Part shown: positions 1 through 12,044 of the stretch, piece after piece | Numbering within the stretch: position 1 is the first letter of the stretch | Layout: each line of letters opens with the position of its first letter | Assembly: GCF_963921235.1 (NCBI RefSeq) | Contig: NC_086118.1 | Coordinates: forward strand, 14,138,001-14,202,000 | Direction: 5' to 3' | From: Mobula hypostoma | Lineage: Eukaryota | Length of the DNA stretch: 64,000 bases | The notes under the pieces: model-generated | The model's input: only the letters and a program-made list of their open reading frames with translations | What the model was told of the DNA's origin: nothing | Databases searched by the model: none | Made by a program: the position numbers and the translations under genes

Positions 1-420
1 GTATTGCGAACAAGATCTTGAAGCTTATTGGTTAGTTTTAAGAGGACGATAGTATTGTATGCCGAGCTGTAGTCAATGAAGAGCAACCTGATCATGGATC
101 TTCACTACCCAGGCGTTCCAGGGTTGAGTAAACTGCCAATGAAATGGCATCTGCTGTGGACCTGTTGTGACAGCAGGCAAATTGGAACAGATCCAAGTCA
201 TTTCTCAGGCAGGAGTTGTTATACTTCATCACCAGCCTCTCAAAGCACTTCATCACAGTGGATCGAAGTGCTCCTGGATGATAGCCATTGAGGAAGGTTA
301 CCATGTTCTTCACAGGCATGTGTATAATTGAAGCCTGCTTAAAGCAGGTGGGTATCTCAGACTGCTGAAGCATGAGGTTAAAGACATCAGTGAACACACC
401 AGCCAGTTAATAAATACAAG
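1..420 (-). mobile_element. Rex1/Babar-like LINE reverse transcriptase fragment
   Basis: ORF 92-397(-) reads PTCFKQASII...ALRSTVMKCFERLV...NRSTADAIS, a degenerate non-LTR RT. Confidence 0.85.
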
Positions 421-1889
421 TTTTTAATGTTCACTCAGGTACTCCAGTTGGGCAGGATGCTCTCTCTGGGTTCACCCTCCTGTGGGTTCAGCCCTCAACA
501 CAACAGCCGTCTATGGGTCCAGACAGAGAGTAGCTTCATTACCTAAATAGCAACTCTCAATTTGGAGTTGTAGATTAATGATACTGGTAAATTTTAGATT
601 AAAAGGTAATGCAATTTTGAGTATTTATCGAAGAATTTGCCGAAGCCGTGCGATTTTGCATAAATAGATTGTTTTCAAATTTGTTCTTTGGTTATGATGT
701 TAATCTGAGATTCAGCCTGATGGATTGGTTGCCTCATTTATCTCAGACAAAATAATTCAAGACAAGGAACTTTAAGATCTTTATCAAATATTTTTCCCCT
801 CTTCATGATTCCATATAAATTAATCAATTCATTTGTGAATAAACTCCATTGACATTTATCCTTGTACTCGATGGCATTGAAAAATAAATTGGTTTAAGGA
901 GTTGAGGTGGTACAATGCTGGAGTAACACTGTGAATCTGTAAACTTATAAATGACTAATAAATGACTGAAAAATAATCTTAGATGTATAGTCGTGGATGT
1001 CCTTGAATTCACAAGTCAATGATTTGAGAATTGCTAGAGCGTAGCAACAAAAAGAGACCCATTTCAGCTTTTTGCTCAGACATTTACAGGTCTATTTTCA
1101 TTTCCCTTCAGACTTGTTGCCACATTGTGAGCCTCTGCGCTGGCGAAACAATGAATCACTGTGATTCCTTTTTGAATGCCTTAGAGTTTAGAAGGAGAGG
1201 AAATACTACCAAGGTTAAAAAAAAGGATAAGCAAGTTACTTATAAAGACTGAAATACAATCTGATTTTGAGAGAATAACTGAGACAAAAATTAAAATATA
1301 CTGCAGAGTTGAAACAGTGCTGGGGAGTTCACAGCTTTTGAAGCAGGTGCTGAAAATTGAGACAAATGAATAAAATAATTCAGTCCTCCAATTGTTAGCT
1401 CTCATAATCTTTGGATGTATAAGTAAATGGTCTCAGGGGGTGGTGAGGCTGGAAGTTCTAGGGGAATATGAGAATGTGATGGATATTCACTGTCCACGAC
1501 CAGGGGGCCTTTTTGCCAAGCTCAGTTTTCTAACATGATGGTTGTGAACTTCCGGAGATCGAAGTGCTGTTTTGAGTAAGATAAGTGTCCAACTAATATT
1601 CTTTGTTCAGCCTCTAGTCATAACCTGGAGCCAGTCTTCAGTTCTTAATGTAAATTGCAAGCAGTAATCAGTCTGAAGTTAAAAGGACAACTTTGTAAAC
1701 AAACCGCTCTCTATATAGAGCACAATATGCTGGCCCACAGCATGGAGCTGGTTGCTAAAGAGTGCAGTGTAAGACAATGGTGTTATGTTAATTGGGCTTA
1801 TATCAAATCAGATGACACTGGCAAAATTATTTGGTTCAAGGAAGCTTGCAGGCCAGATTGATACTATCACTTATCACATCAAATAGCTA

Positions 1890-2685
1890 ACCTCTCAATA
1901 GTTGGAGGAATTTGTGTACTCATATACAAACGTAGTCAGCATTCAATCTAAGGAAAAGATACCCCCAGGGGTGCCCAAGAGTGGGGGGATGAGCACCCCA
2001 GTCGGATGGACACAACGACATCAGACCCAGGCAATGAACAAATGATGATGAGGAAGCAATGTGCATGTGGCAAAACCTGCAAGAACAATCGCGGCTTGAA
2101 GATCCACAAAGCGAGGATGAAGTGTTTGGCGGGAGCAGGAGCAGCACAACGCGCAGGTGTCCAACCTGGTGAGACGAAGGAGGGGCCAGGCCCGGAGTCA
2201 CCCCATAGTGCCCGGAACCTCCAAGTGTTGCAAACTAATCCCTCGAACATCAAGTCTGACAGGAGGCGGATCAAATGGCCTGCAACTAACATGACTTCAC
2301 TGTGGAAGCAGTTTGATGATGATGTTAACCAGCAGGCTGGATGGAGAGCGAGGTGTCTCCCAGTGGAGATTGGTTGTAGGGGATTCATAGCCCGTTCTTT
2401 AGTTAGAGCCTTCAGCATTTTAGGCATCGAAGGAGAGAGGAAGAGGAGAGTCATCTGCAGTACCACCGATGCGGCAGAGAGGGCCTCAAGATGGCTGTGG
2501 CTCAAAAGAGGGGAGCCGTGGAGTCATAAGTAGCTAGCCATCTGGACACAAGCTGGGGTCTGATCAGCCCCGGCTGGGTCACCTGGAGGAGGTTGTACGA
2601 TGTTGAAAGACCCGAAACACCCGATGATTCCAGGAACATCACTGAAAATGTGTCCAGAAGCATCAATAGGTGTATGTACACAGTA
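1890..2685 (+). mobile_element. Internally deleted HERO-like (RLE-type non-LTR) retrotransposon
   Basis: ORF 2006-2533 has an N-terminal zinc finger CACGKTCKNNRGLKIHKARMKC and RIKWP, joined directly to the C-terminal tail GWRARCLPVEIGCRGF...AERASRWLWLKR; no RT; a 3' UTR follows. Confidence 0.8.
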
Positions 2686-3506
2686 AGTGTCTGAAAACTA
2701 TGTTCCTGGAAGCTTTTAGATCATCTGTGTGAAAATATATCTGAAAGAACATATCATGTGTGCAAGAAATGGCAAAAAACAGAATAAGCATAAGAGAGTA
2801 GTTAAGCTTGTTAGGAAAGGTCAAAGAAAAACAAGAAGAATGACAGAAAGTGAGGGTGTCTAGAATCCATTCCTCTGCCTTTGATTTCTGTGATGAACAA
2901 AACATTCACCTGCAACTCATTGGTATGTCTTTCCAGCTTATAAGAATTGTACCTGTGTGTACTTCGGAAATCCTTTGTGTTTTAGAAATCATTTGTGATT
3001 TGGAAATCTTTTATAAGATAGAAATCCTCCGTAAGTTTTAAATGGGTTTTAAGAATTTTATTTAAATTTGAAAATAAATGAACTATGTTTAAGCTACTTT
3101 GTTAGCTGGAAGTACCTCCTAGTAGGTAAAGGAGACCCATTGCTCCAATAGTTGATATTGCAAACTAAATTTGCTGTGTAGGATAAACAGGGAAGTGATC
3201 CAGTCTTTGAAGAGTAAGTGGCTACAGTATAACTTCCCTTTAGTGAGGTACCCAAAGCTATCTAAATCACATAAGGCTTCAGATCTTAGTTTGAGTTTAG
3301 AACTCCAAAGTCATCAAATCCATTACCATCACAAGAAGTTCCTCAAAGGAATAGTGCAAGATTATTCAGAGCACCAAATAAATTATTAATGAAACTGTCC
3401 TCCCAGATTAAAACTCAACCTGAATTAGGGAAGAAGAGCCAAAATTGAAAGTTGTATTATATTTCAAGACAAACTGAAATGAAATCTCAACTTATTCTTG
3501 TATTGT

Positions 3507-4549
3507 TGTTACACGGAGCAACTGGAGGCTGACCCAAGTGCAGAACACAGGCACGGAGACAGAATTGGACTGGGAACTTGACTTGGACTCTGAACTTGGA
3601 ACCAGGACTTGGACTTGACTTGGAACTTGGAGACTTGACTGGACTCAAAGCCTTGACTGGAACCTGAATCCTTGACTTGGACTGTGAATCGAAGCCTTGA
3701 CTTGGACTGGGACTCAAAGCCTTGACTTGGACTGCGACTCGAAGCCTTGATTTGGACTGTGACTCGAAGCCTTGACTTGGACTGGGACTCAAAGCTTGGA
3801 ACTGGAACTGGAACACAGAGATGACAATACCAAGCAAAGACAGATGATTCATATCTTGGCTCAGAGGAGCGGCAAACGGCCAGCAATCCTCAGCTGGACA
3901 TGAAGAGACAGAATTCCCAACTCGAAGTAACGGCAAATGGCCGGACCTACTCAGCTGGGAATGAGATGACTAAACCAACCAACAACTTACAATATAAATC
4001 TTGACACGGAGTAGCTCATGAAGTGACAAATGGCTGGCAATCACTTAGCTGGAAACGAACAGACAGAATTCCCAACTCGGAGTAGTGGCAAATGGCCAGG
4101 CCTACTCAGTTGGAAACGAGATGACAGAAACTAAACAACTACAGTCCATTTGTATCTAGACACTGAGAAGCTCATGAAGACGGTCCCCTATTCTTGGTGG
4201 CTAGGAGTGGTGACAATTGGCCAGCAAATCTCCACCAAACATGAAAGCGACAGAATTTGAATCTTAGCTCGGAGTAGCAGCAACGGCTGGAAACTCAGCT
4301 GGACGTGAAAACGACTGAATTCACTAAGCAACCACAGGCACCGAAGCAACTAGAGTCCACGATTCTCCGCTGCCGCGGGACAAGCATAGCTGCACTGGCT
4401 ACAGTGACAAACCGACCGCGAGTAGATGAAAGCCGCAGTCTTTATGCTGCCGGTTCGAATGAGGATCAGGTGCCCTAATCAAGGAGCCCAGTGGAACATG
4501 GGGAAAAGGAAATTAACTGAAAGGAGTAGTAATGGACCGAACCATGACA
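3507..4549 (-). mobile_element. Solo LTR (Gypsy-like) with internal tandem arrays
   Basis: TGTTAC...ATGACA termini; flanks ATTGT/GTTGT (5-bp TSD, 1 mismatch); GACTTG-based array about 3565-3810; longer repeats about 3850-4330; orientation inferred. Confidence 0.8.
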
Positions 4550-5108
4550 GTTGTAGTTAGAAATGTTTGAACGTACTGTAAATCAAAGTCAAAAATGGCC
4601 TATCAATGGTATAACAATTAGTGACAGAAATAATATTCCTTATTTTGTATTTGACTGTGGATTACTGGCTTATATTTATGCTTAATTCTATTATATAAAT
4701 TCAATATAAATAAGGTACCTGCTAAGGGCACTGCAATTGAATGGTTAATATAGAATCACTTCTGAATGAGAAGTTATGTCTATCATCTTAATCAGAAATT
4801 AGAAATATTAATGCAGTAACTTATTTAGCAAAACACTGCCAAGGATATAATGCAAGTGAACCAGCCACTATCCAAATGGAATTTTGATGAGATTTATGCC
4901 AAGAAACCCACTTCCTAGGATTTAGGCAGAGTACATCAAATCTCACCTTACCTCAAAGTCACAGTGAATGTTCTATTCCAAAATCAACCATGAGACCTTA
5001 AAGGTTATCACTTGTAAAATTGTGTTTCATATTTATCTTCTTGAATTGTACTTTCAGAAACAGCTTGTTTGTCACAGCTTAAACAATTGACATGTTTGCT
5101 TCCACTAG

Positions 5109-5213
5109 GAATATTTTGTAAGGAGACATTTGATCAGTATGTCTGCTGGCCGGCATCATACCCGGGGAATGTGTCAGAACCTTGTCCCTGGTATCTTCCT
5201 TGGATTACACCAG
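5109..5213 (+). CDS. GLP2R: GLP-2 receptor exon (about exon 3), extracellular hormone-binding domain
   Basis: ctag|GA...CAG|gtaatt, 105 nt. Encodes [35 protein letters not shown], a class B GPCR ECD motif close to GLP2[16 protein letters not shown]. Confidence 0.93.
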
Positions 5214-5597
5214 GTAATTTTTACATTATTTCTTGGACCCTTTGAGTTTTCCCTCTGCCTGTTAGGAAAACAATGCATCTCTCCATTAGGTTCTTATTCA
5301 TATCTGTGCCAAATGTTCACTTCAATCCATTTGTAGCAATGATCACTCACGCTCTATAGAAAAGGCAGTCTGGAATTAACTGTGTTCTGGATTTCCTTCC
5401 TTCCCAATAGACCTGGAATTGAGTGATGATATCCTCTTTGGACTGATAAACCATCCCACTTTCCCACTGCACAGCATGCTGAAGTTCCAGTGTACTGTGT
5501 CATCAAAGTACATTTCATCTACAACATTAAAACGTCAACTTCTTCCCTGGCTTTGATCATCATACTATGAATGTGATATTGTGTATTGTGATTAGCT

Positions 5598-5641
5598 AAC
5601 TTCAGTAATTATGTAACTGAACTTCAGTAATTATGTAATTG
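5598..5641. repeat. 22-bp tandem duplication
   Basis: AACTTCAGTAATTATGTAA(C/T)TG x2. Confidence 0.9.
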
Positions 5642-5654
5642 ATACCAAAAAAAT

Positions 5655-5865
5655 CGTGGCCAAGTGGTTAAGGCGTTCATCTAGTGATCTGAAGGTCGCC
5701 AGTTCAAGCCTTAGTTGAGACAGCGTGTTATGTCCTTGAGCAAGGCACTTAACCACACACTGCTCTATGTCTATGTGAGGAGTGGCGTGCCACACGGTCT
5801 TTTGTTCTGCTCCTTGTAAGGCATGAAAATGCCCGACGCTGGCCTCTTAGTCTTGAGTCAACGAT
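5655..5865 (+). mobile_element. tRNA-derived SINE with CORE-like middle
   Basis: A-box-like TGGCCAAGTGG and B-box-like GTTCAAGCC, then GTGTTATGTCCTTGAGCAAGGCACTTAACC; related copy at 10402. Confidence 0.7.
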
Positions 5866-6783
5866 CCACTCCCACACCCTCCGTCCCTCCCTCCTACCAA
5901 AAAATAATGGCACTGGTTGATTTAATCTTTGTGCGTTGGTGTAAAATATATCAATTTCACACAAGTATGCATAGGAAATTTGGACAGTTGTGCCTCATGA
6001 GCCCCTGCTTCCCAGAAATCTTATATCCCCTCCATCTCTTGTTCTGTCTGAAGCTATCAGTTAACCTTGTGTGATAGCATGCAAAAAACTCTAATTTGCA
6101 TTCAGTATTCATGCTGCTTGACCATGCAAGGGGTTCAGTGTTTTGTCTTCTGCAGAAGCTGCTGCACAACAGTACCTCCTATTGCGCCATTTGCCGTTCC
6201 TCACATGTGATACCTGTACCTCCATCCTTCATTAGCAATACAGACAAATAAAGCATTTAAAAAAAGCTTGAATACACTCCATCATTCCAGCAGCTGAGAA
6301 CCACAAGTATATCTTTGTAAGACCCCATTCATTATACCACAGCTGCTGCCTTAGATCAGGTGAACTAAGTCCATTTGGTTACTTACAGGTGATCTATTTA
6401 GCAAATAAGGATCTTACCTGCAGAAATAGTGGGGTTTTTTGGTAGTGATTAGTGCCAGACATATAAAATAAATGTCCAATGGCCAAGAAAAAGGCAAATT
6501 GTCTGTGGTGTTAAACCCACACTCCATAACAGTTGTGCTAATATGGATAAACAACTCACACCGCCCTCCTGCCCCGCCTTCTTCCTCTTGCACCATGAAC
6601 TGCTTATTCTTCTGAGAAAGGAAGAAACTTAAAAGAAAACCTATTGGATAATCAGAACTGTTCAATGTAAGTCACTTCTCTTGGGTCTTAAACCTTGAAT
6701 TTCTCACTCCATCAATTTCAGCCAATAATCTAAAAGCTTTGAAAGTGTAACATTGCTGTCTTCTCTCTACCTCTTCCTTGCAG

Positions 6784-6908
6784 GCACTACAAAGAGGGTC
6801 TATAGATACTGCCTGGACAATGGAAGTTGGTTGACAGCCCCAAACTCCACTGTTATCTGGAGGGATCATACTGAATGTAATGAAGACAGCCAGAATGACC
6901 AGCAAAAT
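6784..6908 (+). CDS. GLP2R: GLP-2 receptor exon (about exon 4), ECD C-terminal half
   Basis: ttgcag|GC...AAT|gtatgt, 125 nt. Encodes GTTKRVYRYCLDNGSWLTAPNSTVIWRDHTECNEDSQNDQQN; phase 1 in, phase 0 out. Confidence 0.92.
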
Positions 6909-6939
6909 GTATGTCATCAGAATGTCTGTAATATTTTAT

Positions 6940-7616
6940 TTAGATTAGATTATGAGGACACGCGGTCCTCTTTTATTGTCATTTAGTAATGCATGCATTA
7001 AGAAATGATACAATGTTCCTTCAGTAGGATATCACAGAAACACAAGACAAACCAAGACTAAAAAACTGACAACAAACCACATAATTATAACATATAGTTA
7101 CAACAGTGCAAAGCAATACTGTAATTTGATAAAGAACAGACCATGGGCACGGTAAAAGAAAGTCTCAAAGTCTCTGGAAAGTCCCATCATCTCACGCAGA
7201 TGGTAGAAGGGAAAAACTCTTCCTGCCATGAACTTCCAGCGCCGCAAACTTGCCGATGCAGCACTCTGGAAGCACCCAACGACAGCCAACTCTTGAGTCC
7301 GTCCGAAAACTTCGAACCTCCGACCAGCCCTCCGACACTGAGCACGGAGCACCATCTCTGCCGAGCGCTTCGACCCCGGCCCCGGCACAGGCAATAGGCA
7401 AAGCCGGGGATTTGGAGCCTTCCCCTCCAGAGATTCTCGATCGCACAGTAGCAGCGGCAGCGAAGCGGGCATTTCAGAAGTTTCTCCAGATGTTCCTCCA
7501 TGTTTCTCACGTCTGTCTCCATCAAATCAGGATTGTGCACGGTACCTACTTAACAAATACCGATATCATTCCGGAGTGGCCGCGCGCGCTGTGTTGCGCC
7601 GCCATCTTCTCCTCCC
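6940..7616 (-). mobile_element. Non-autonomous LINE-derived element (5' UTR plus 3' UTR/tail)
   Basis: Minus strand starts GGGAGGAGAAGATGGCGGCG (YY1-like), is CpG-rich, and ends AATAAA, a GAGGAC/GTCCTC hairpin and a (TCTAA)n tail. Confidence 0.65.
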
Positions 7617-7639
7617 AATTTATTTATTTAAATACTGCA

Positions 7640-7880
7640 TAGTGTAGGCCTTTTTGGACCTTCACCCAGCAACTCCTGATTTAACCAGAGCCTAATCATG
7701 GGACAGTTTACAAAGACCAACTAACCTACCAACCAATAGTTATTTGGACTGTGGGAGGAAACTGGAGCATATGGAGGAAACCCATGCTGTTATAGGGAGA
7801 ACATATAAATTCCTGACAGGCAGTGGTGGGAATTGAACCCAGGTCACCTGTACTGTAAACCATTGTGCTAACCACTACAC
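7640..7880 (-). mobile_element. V-SINE/HE1-like SINE
   Basis: Reverse complement has a tRNA-like head (GGTTCAATTCCC) and V-domain-like TGGGTTTCCTCC...GTTTCCTCCCACAGTCCAAA. Confidence 0.7.
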
Positions 7881-8703
7881 CTTCAAGATTTAAAACAGCA
7901 ATGGTATGCATCTCCAAAACCTTTGATTCAGTCAGAATAAAATTATAACAAGATTAAGCAAATCCATGATACTTTCTGTTATTTATCTCTTCAAAACTTT
8001 TGAAAACATTCACCCTACTCTAGCATCAATGATTAGACTGCATATTTTGGGCAGTTCATCTGTTTTTTTGAAAATTAAATGTAATCTGTTCAGATTTTCT
8101 AACTGTATAGACTCCAGAGAGGTTTTGATGATGTGCTGTTCCATTGCTATACAATTGGATCCCCTTTAAAACAGCTTTTTTAAACCTTAGTTCTATACCC
8201 TGCTGTACTTGATTTTTACTTCTATGAGGTCACTCCTCAAAGAAAAAAAACCCTATTCAATCTCTCCCAATAACTGAAGTCCTCCAATTGAAGCAACATC
8301 CTGGTGATAAATTAAGATCAGTATCTTGATAAGACAGTGCTTAGCAAGCTTGTCTATTATTTCAAATTAATATAACTGGAGATGATACAAGTTACTGAAT
8401 AATTTGCACCAGTTGAATGTACTTTTCCAGGTATGTGTCTATTGAACAGATCATCTCATTCCTGTAATACTCAAGGTTTCTTTGCTGCATTGGAAATTGC
8501 CTGCTATGAAGCACTTCTCTGAAAGTTATTCACGATGGTACCATTTTGAACTTGCAGCATTAACTTTCTCCAAATGAAAAGAATTTCCTGAATACATTAC
8601 CATAGATTGCTTGTTTTCAGCAATGTTGTTAGAAATTGCTACATTCTCTTCAAGTCTAAATCATAATCTGATGATTTTTGAATTTTCTAATTTAGCAGCA
8701 TGA

Positions 8704-8790
8704 AGATTACCATTCAATCTCCTAACCATCTGAGATTACCATTCAATCTCCTAAGAATCTGAGATTACCATTCAATCTCCTAACCATCTG
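8704..8790. repeat. 29-bp minisatellite, 3 copies
   Basis: AGATTACCATTCAATCTCCTAA(CC/GA)ATCTG starting at 8704, 8733 and 8762. Confidence 0.93.
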
Positions 8791-9426
8791 CCAAACTTCA
8801 ACTCACTCACTTTTTTTATCCAGGTAACTCATGTGCACTCGACTACCAATTACAATCTTCTTTAGAGAACTTTCCCCATGCTACTCAATGCACTACTATT
8901 AATGAGCACTCCAAAACTTAGATCCCTGGGGTGGACACCCTTAAAAAGAAACAAAACTCAACTAGCCACGTAAATACATTGAGAAACTCAAGACAAAAAT
9001 TGAGTGAAGAGCTGCTTACTTTGTGACTCCCCAAATATGAGAACTCCATTACCTAGAAAGACGTGAGCAGCAGATGCAATGAAGTTCTCCGCAGAGTTGC
9101 ACACAATGACGACATTTATTTGTGGTCTCCTGGCCAATGTTTGATCTAACTTTATTGTAACTGGGCTTTAAGCGTTTGGTTTGTGATTCTTTAAGAAGGA
9201 GGTTCAGCAGCTCCTTATTTTGTTGGCAATGATTGCATCTCCAGATGTAGTATAATTATCAAACTGAGATTTTTAAGTAGATTTATCAATATATATGGAA
9301 TGAAAAGATGTGTATCTACAGCCCTGAAAATACATCCTCAGTTATTTTATCACCACAGGAAAGCACTCTTGCTGCTTTTAATAATATGTATTGTGTTTTT
9401 GTGTCATATCCTTTCTTTCTTCACAG

Positions 9427-9533
9427 AACAATCGGCATAGGCTATTGAAAACCTTGCAACTGATTTATACCGTGGGTTACTCAGTCTCGTTGTCTTCACT
9501 TTCATTGGCCATATTGATACTACTGTGGCTTAG
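9427..9533 (+). CDS. GLP2R: GLP-2 receptor exon (about exon 5), TM1
   Basis: cacag|AAC...TAG|gtttgt, 107 nt. Encodes NNRHRLLKTLQLIYTVGYSVSLSSLSLAILILLWLR (YTVGYS TM1 motif). Confidence 0.94.
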
Positions 9534-9634
9534 GTTTGTTACCCACATGTTACATGTTAAACACTTTCACAATGTGCTTGACTTAATATTATAGGTTTAT
9601 GTTGCACTTTTCCATTGGTTTGCCTTCTTCTATG

Positions 9635-9855
9635 TGGTACTGTAGTGCAGTAGTGTCAGTGATCTAGGTTCAGTTCCACCTATTTCTGCAAGGAGTTTCA
9701 ATATTCTCCCTATGACCATGTGGGTTTCCTCTGGCAGCTTTGATTTTCTCCCAAAGACATGCAGGTCAGCAGGTTAACTGGTCACTTGACTGCAATTGGC
9801 TGGCACAGTCTTGTTGGTCTGAAAGGGCCTGTTAATGTGCTACGTCCCTAAATAT
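9635..9855 (+). mobile_element. V-SINE/HE1-like SINE (diverged)
   Basis: GGTTCAGTTCC...GGAGTTT...TTCTCCC...TGGGTTTCCTC...CCAAAGACATGCAGGT. Confidence 0.65.
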
Positions 9856-10401
9856 AAAATCAAAGGATTATTGATATGGCACAAATGATTAGTACTATAT
9901 GATATCCCTTGCATTAGTCAGTGACATAAACCCTACTGCTGCATCTGACAGAAGCATATGCTCAGTATCATTTCAACCCTAATGATGTGTTGCAAAAAGG
10001 TATAAACTTTCTGTTGCATTTATCATGACAACATCATTGGAATGAAAGCAGAGATGAAAAACAGGGAGAATAAAGAAATGGCACAAAGCCATAATGGAAT
10101 TATAAAGTCTATAGTATAAGAAATCACTCACACTTCTTTTGGTCTGATTGATACTATTCCTAATATTTAAAACACTAATTTATTGTATCGCAATCTGTTT
10201 AGTGTTATGGAAATGAAAGTTCTTTCTGTTACTTGAAATCTGAGTTCTGTTGTTTAGCCATGACATATTTTATCTTGATGACCCCAAAATTATTTCTCAC
10301 ACAGTGTAAATAAAAACCATTTTTGCTGGGTGTAACTTCATGTGGAGTGATGCAACCCCGACCACATAGTACTGCCCTTTCCCCGTGTATTTAACTGCTG
10401 T

Positions 10402-10712
10402 GGGCACGTGGCTAAGTGGTTAAGGCATTGGACTAGTGACCTGAAGGTCGTGAGTTGGAGCCCCAGCCGAGGGAGCGTGTTGTGTCCTTGAACAAGGCAC
10501 TTAATCACACATTGCTCTGCGACGACACTGGTGCCAAGCTGTATGGGTCCTAATGCCCTTCCCTTGGACAACATCGGTGTCGTGGAGAGGGGAGTCTTGC
10601 AGCATGGACAACTGCTTGTTTTCCATACAACCTTGCCCAGGCCTGTGCCCTGGAGAGTGAAGACTTTCCAGGCACGGATCCATGATCTCGCAAGACTAAC
10701 AGATGCCTTTAC
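10402..10712 (+). mobile_element. tRNA-derived SINE with CORE-like middle
   Basis: GTGGCTAAGTGGTTAAGGC head and GTGTCCTTGAACAAGGCACTTAA; similar to the 5655 copy. Confidence 0.7.
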
Positions 10713-10894
10713 TAACTACCTCTAGATTATTTATGAATTTTTCCTGTAATGATACAGACCTAAAAATTCCTCTGCATAATACCCCAAAACCCAAGTGAAT
10801 TTTACATTAATGAATATCACAACTTTTAATTGGAGTATGTCACTAGTAAGGATTTTTTTTTCTTAGTACAAGAACTTGCCTTCACATTACTTCA

Positions 10895-11099
10895 ACCAAC
10901 ACACATAAAGGTTGCTGGTGAACGCAGCAAACCAAGCAGCATCTCTAGGAAGAGGTACAGTCGACGTTTCGGGCCGAGACCCTTCGCCAGGACTAACTGA
11001 AAGGGTACCTCTTCCTAGAGATGCTGCCTGGCCTGCTGCGTTCACCAGCAACTTTTATATGTGTTGCTTGAAATTCCAGCATCTGCAGATTTCCTGGTG
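10895..11099. mobile_element. Palindromic Penelope-like terminal element
   Basis: Inverted arms GTTGCTGGTGAACGCAGC...AGAGGTAC / GTACCTCT...GCGTTCACCAGCAAC; exact 14-bp TSD TTCACATTACTTCA at 10881-10894 and 11100-11113. Confidence 0.88.
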
Positions 11100-11249
11100 T
11101 TCACATTACTTCACTGGCATCTTGGTGCATCATTGACATCCACAATAATGAAATGCTCAAGCTTTGTTTCCAGCAGGATTTTTGAGCATATTGTTGCTAG
11201 TGAGAATGACATCCTGAAAAAAAGGAATTGTAGTAATGCTAGACATGAG

Positions 11250-11745
11250 AAAGTCTAAAAATGCTGGAAATCCAAAGCAACACACACAAAATGCTGCAGA
11301 AACTCAGCAGATGAGGCACCATCTATGGAAATTAATAAACAGGCAATGTTTCAAACCAGGACCCTTCTTCAGAACTGAAATGCGATGGGGAAGATGCCAG
11401 AATAAATGGGTGGGGAGGGGGGGAAGGAATGAGACTAGCTAGAAAGTGATAGGTGAAGCCAGGTGGGTGGAAAAGGTCATGGGCTGGAGAGGAAGGAAAC
11501 TGATAGGAGAGGGGAGTGGACCATAGGAGAAGGAAGAGGGGATTCAGAGGCAGGTGATAGGCAAGTGAGAAGAGGTTAAAGGTCAGAGTGGAGAATAAAA
11601 GAAGAAGAGAGGGGGAGAGTGAAAAAAATACCGGAAGGAGAAGTCGATATTCATGTCAGAATAGGAAAGGGAAATGGAATTGGAATTAGAATGTTTGGCC
11701 ACTGGGATGGAGTGGAGGTGCTTGACAAAGCTGTCCCCCCAATAA
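11250..11745 (-). mobile_element. Penelope-like 3' fragment (old)
   Basis: Resembles the minus arm at 52931-53500: terminus, purine-rich tract and end of the GIY-YIG region. Confidence 0.7.
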
Positions 11746-12044
11746 TGCTGAAGGCTTAAAATGTAGATTAAATAGAGTCAGGTATGTCTCTTACTCACAA
11801 AGGTAGAATACAGCACAAGTTTTATGTTCAAGTTTAATTTTCATTCAGCCATGCATTAATATAGCCAAATGAAACAATATTCCTCCGTGGCCAGGGTGCA
11901 AAACACATTACCAACAGCACACAGAACACACCATGAAAAGCACATAGCACAAGTATGGTTACAATTTCAGAAAAACATACAGTCACAAAGAAAAATATTA
12001 ATGTAGATCAAGTCCCTGAATGGCATGACTGTAGATTGTAGGCA

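Noticed and set aside
3171..3260. KWLQY peptide resembling the missing GLP2R exon 2 helix (KWAQY)
   Set aside because: No following Cys, and the available AG acceptors give the wrong phase; exon 2 is probably upstream of the window
3487..3936. Ser/Pro/Gln-rich ORFs (also 22824-23439)
   Set aside because: Translations of tandem arrays inside solo LTRs
5655..5720. tRNA-like sequences (also at 10402, 49306 and 57390-57455)
   Set aside because: They run into SINE bodies and lack a complete cloverleaf; they are SINE heads, not tRNA genes
8704..8790. 29-bp repeats of CRISPR-like length
   Set aside because: Directly adjacent with no spacers, no cas genes, eukaryotic intron
10959..10994. Hammerhead-like motif as an active ribozyme (also about 12500, 18111, 32955, 45888 and 54725)
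   Set aside because: Core changes (CUGGCGA, UUGAUGA, CUGACAA, or GAAA to AAAA) predict inactivity
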